A stretch of 62,853 bases of DNA, the filler included, from Licmophora abbreviata (lineage: Eukaryota), in NCBI GenBank assembly GCA_900291995.1. It is 8 parts of 8 records of this genome, joined end to end, with 100 filler letters (N's around TTAATTAATTAA, not from the genome) between each part and the next. Parts side by side here need not be neighbours in the genome. Positions count along the whole stretch, not along the records: positions 43,639 to 62,853 come from OLMU01000091.1; 7 more parts are not named here. One strand, 5' to 3'. Position 1 is the first letter of the stretch; each line of letters starts with the position of its first letter. The notes beneath the pieces are model-generated. The model saw nothing but the letters and a program-made list of their open reading frames with translations. It searched no databases and was not told the DNA's origin. Positions 60,956-62,853 of this stretch are shown here, one piece after another. Made by a program: the position numbers and the translations under genes.

Positions 60956-62853
60956 CTACGAGGATCGCGGTCGTCTCGATACCTTTTCCTCTCTGACGTT
61001 GGTCTCACTCTCGTCGTGTGTGTTGCCTGCTTCTTCGTCGGGAGAACCCTCCTCGTTCGGTACAAGATCATCTTCTAACAGGGTTTCGTCATCGTTGGCG
61101 TTCATCTCCATAACAATACGCGACAAACGGTTCCAGTCGCTGCGGAGCAAAACGTAAGCTAGTAGAGTAGATGCGGTAGCGTACCCGACAATCACCGACG
61201 CCATGACGCCATCAAGGTCAAGAAAGAGCGCGTAGACACAAATGAGCGCCACTGGCGTCGTGAACAGCCATCGCGCAACCAAAATCACAAGCGTTGCGAC
61301 CCTGTAGCGTCCCTGCGCACCGATCAGGCCCCAGCACATCATTGCATAGCTCAAAGCAATGTTGCCGATACCAAGCAGGGTTAACGTGTCGTTGAACAGG
61401 TGCTGCAAGGTTGGATCAGTGGTCAACCACAGTGCGATGCTTTTTCCAAACATGAAAAGGAACGACGTGATAATAAATGAACGTATGGCTGAAAGAAGCA
61501 TGGCCTTGTACGAAGCTTTCTTGGCCATATCAGGATTGCCGTTTCCGAGGTGATAAGCAACTCTGACAGCCGCTGCTTCGCCAACTCCTTCGGTAGAAGC
61601 CTCTAGAATGTCCCAAACAAGACCGAGCAGACACCATGTCGCAACTTCTGCTGGGCCCAGGTGCTGCACGAACACCATCAACAGGGTCCACTAACGAACG
61701 ATACAAAAACAAGGGGTCATTAGTTTCTCGAAGCGCCATAGACGACAGTGGGCGATACTCCCAGATATCTCACCTCGCCATACTCGAGAAATGTGCCAAT
61801 AAATAGCGGCATCGACGTCACAAGAAGCGCCTTGACCGCAACAGTATTCTGTATATAAGTACGAAGCAACAGAGCAATACATAAGAAAAATGTTCCGACT
61901 GTACCATCGAGTACCGTCTGCCCCAATGTGCTTACCCGTAGTGCGAAACTGAACAACAAACCGTGCAAGAATGGCTGTAGCCAGCCTCGAAGAATGGCAT
62001 AAGCCACTTTGAGTACCAGCGCAGCAATTCCAATCATCAATTGGATCCATCCTATAGTCTCGAGTGTCGCATCGGTGTCAACTGCGACGACGCAAGCCAT
62101 GACAACAAGTGAGGCAAAGCTTTCGATCATCGCGAAACGCGACTCGAAGTTCTCGTTTCCCGTCATGTGGAAAAGAATCGTTATGTTGCGTGACACGGAC
62201 TGAATCAGGTGGTAGAAAACGATGACTTGCGCGTAAGACAATGCTAACTCAGCGATCTCTGGAGAAGCGACGAACCATTCAACCACATGGTCCATGAAGA
62301 GCGCCCAGAACGCCAAGACACCTGCATTCAAGCACAGGTGAACGACCAAAGCGATCTGGACAAACTGCCCTGCTGCAAAGAAGTTCCCCACGCTAAGAGC
62401 ATGAGAGCATAGCTCTCCTTCAGCGTCCGTGACCGCTCCCATGAGCTCATCCGTGAAGCCAATCAAGCGTGTCACCAACAGGTACGCTATCAATGCGTTT
62501 GTACCGACACAATGAGAAATAAAGCAGACCAAGACGAACCGAAACAGGCTCTCGGATACGGCTCCAAGAGTCCTGGGGACGCCCAAAATCATGATTCTCC
62601 TTAATTCTTCATCGGGCTCGGCTATACCAAGCAATCCGTCCATGCCGAGCAGCAAGGTCCTGGGCTTCCAGACAGCACCTGGGCCGCAACAGCACGTGAT
62701 TTCCGTTGAGTCCACTTCCTCGAAGCTGTTCTGCCGACCGGGGTCATCAGCGTCAGCAGCATCGTTCGGAGAAATATCATCAATGAATGGTCCACGAAGG
62801 AACGAAATATCACTGGCGTTAGAGGCAGAACGCTGCCTCGTGAAGGTTGCACG
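60956..62853 (-). CDS. MATE-family multidrug/toxin transporter, 3 exons seen, 5' end beyond window
   Basis: ~12 TM; LEYGE/WTLL..LGPAEVA, EGVGEAAAVRVAYHLGNG. Confidence 0.88.

Overview
Gene-dense, intron-containing eukaryotic nuclear DNA, most likely from a diatom or related ochrophyte. Evidence: bipartite signal+'AF' plastid presequences, a fused plastid tryptophan synthase alpha-beta, MGDG synthase, and short GT(A/G)(A/C)GT..AG introns. It is a draft scaffold with seven 100-bp artificial gap spacers (N44-TTAATTAATTAA-N44); at least one gene (LysRS) and probably a second read across a gap. About 36 protein-coding genes can be supported: LACS, SKP1, GINS Psf3, SUN-domain protein, DUF4112, Pumilio, EPL1, Kir channel, CBS protein, bestrophin-like, PP2C, MGDG synthase, R3H protein, catalase, E2F, sulfotransferase, TrpAB, DUF3082, NudC, organellar LysRS, DnaJ, YbaB-like, mitochondrial carrier, GT11-like, CacyBP, WDR59, DUF2439 protein, MATE and several unknowns. 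I recognised no transposon, CRISPR, rRNA or tRNA. The most striking object is an unannotated protein (7239-10362, minus) built from about 13 exact 54-aa proline-free helical repeats. 54 aa is 15.0 helical turns, about 8.1 nm, which is the tubulin-dimer spacing. It also has a KEN box, CDK sites and an upstream E2F/CHR-like element, so it is a candidate mitotic microtubule-lattice 'ruler' protein (inference). Other points: a four-exon ER-type gene the ORF track shows only as fragments, a 14-nt microexon in a silicalemma-like membrane protein, a KOW-BRK-KOW protein, recurring E2F-like promoter motifs, and three single-base homopolymer frameshifts that are probably sequencing errors.
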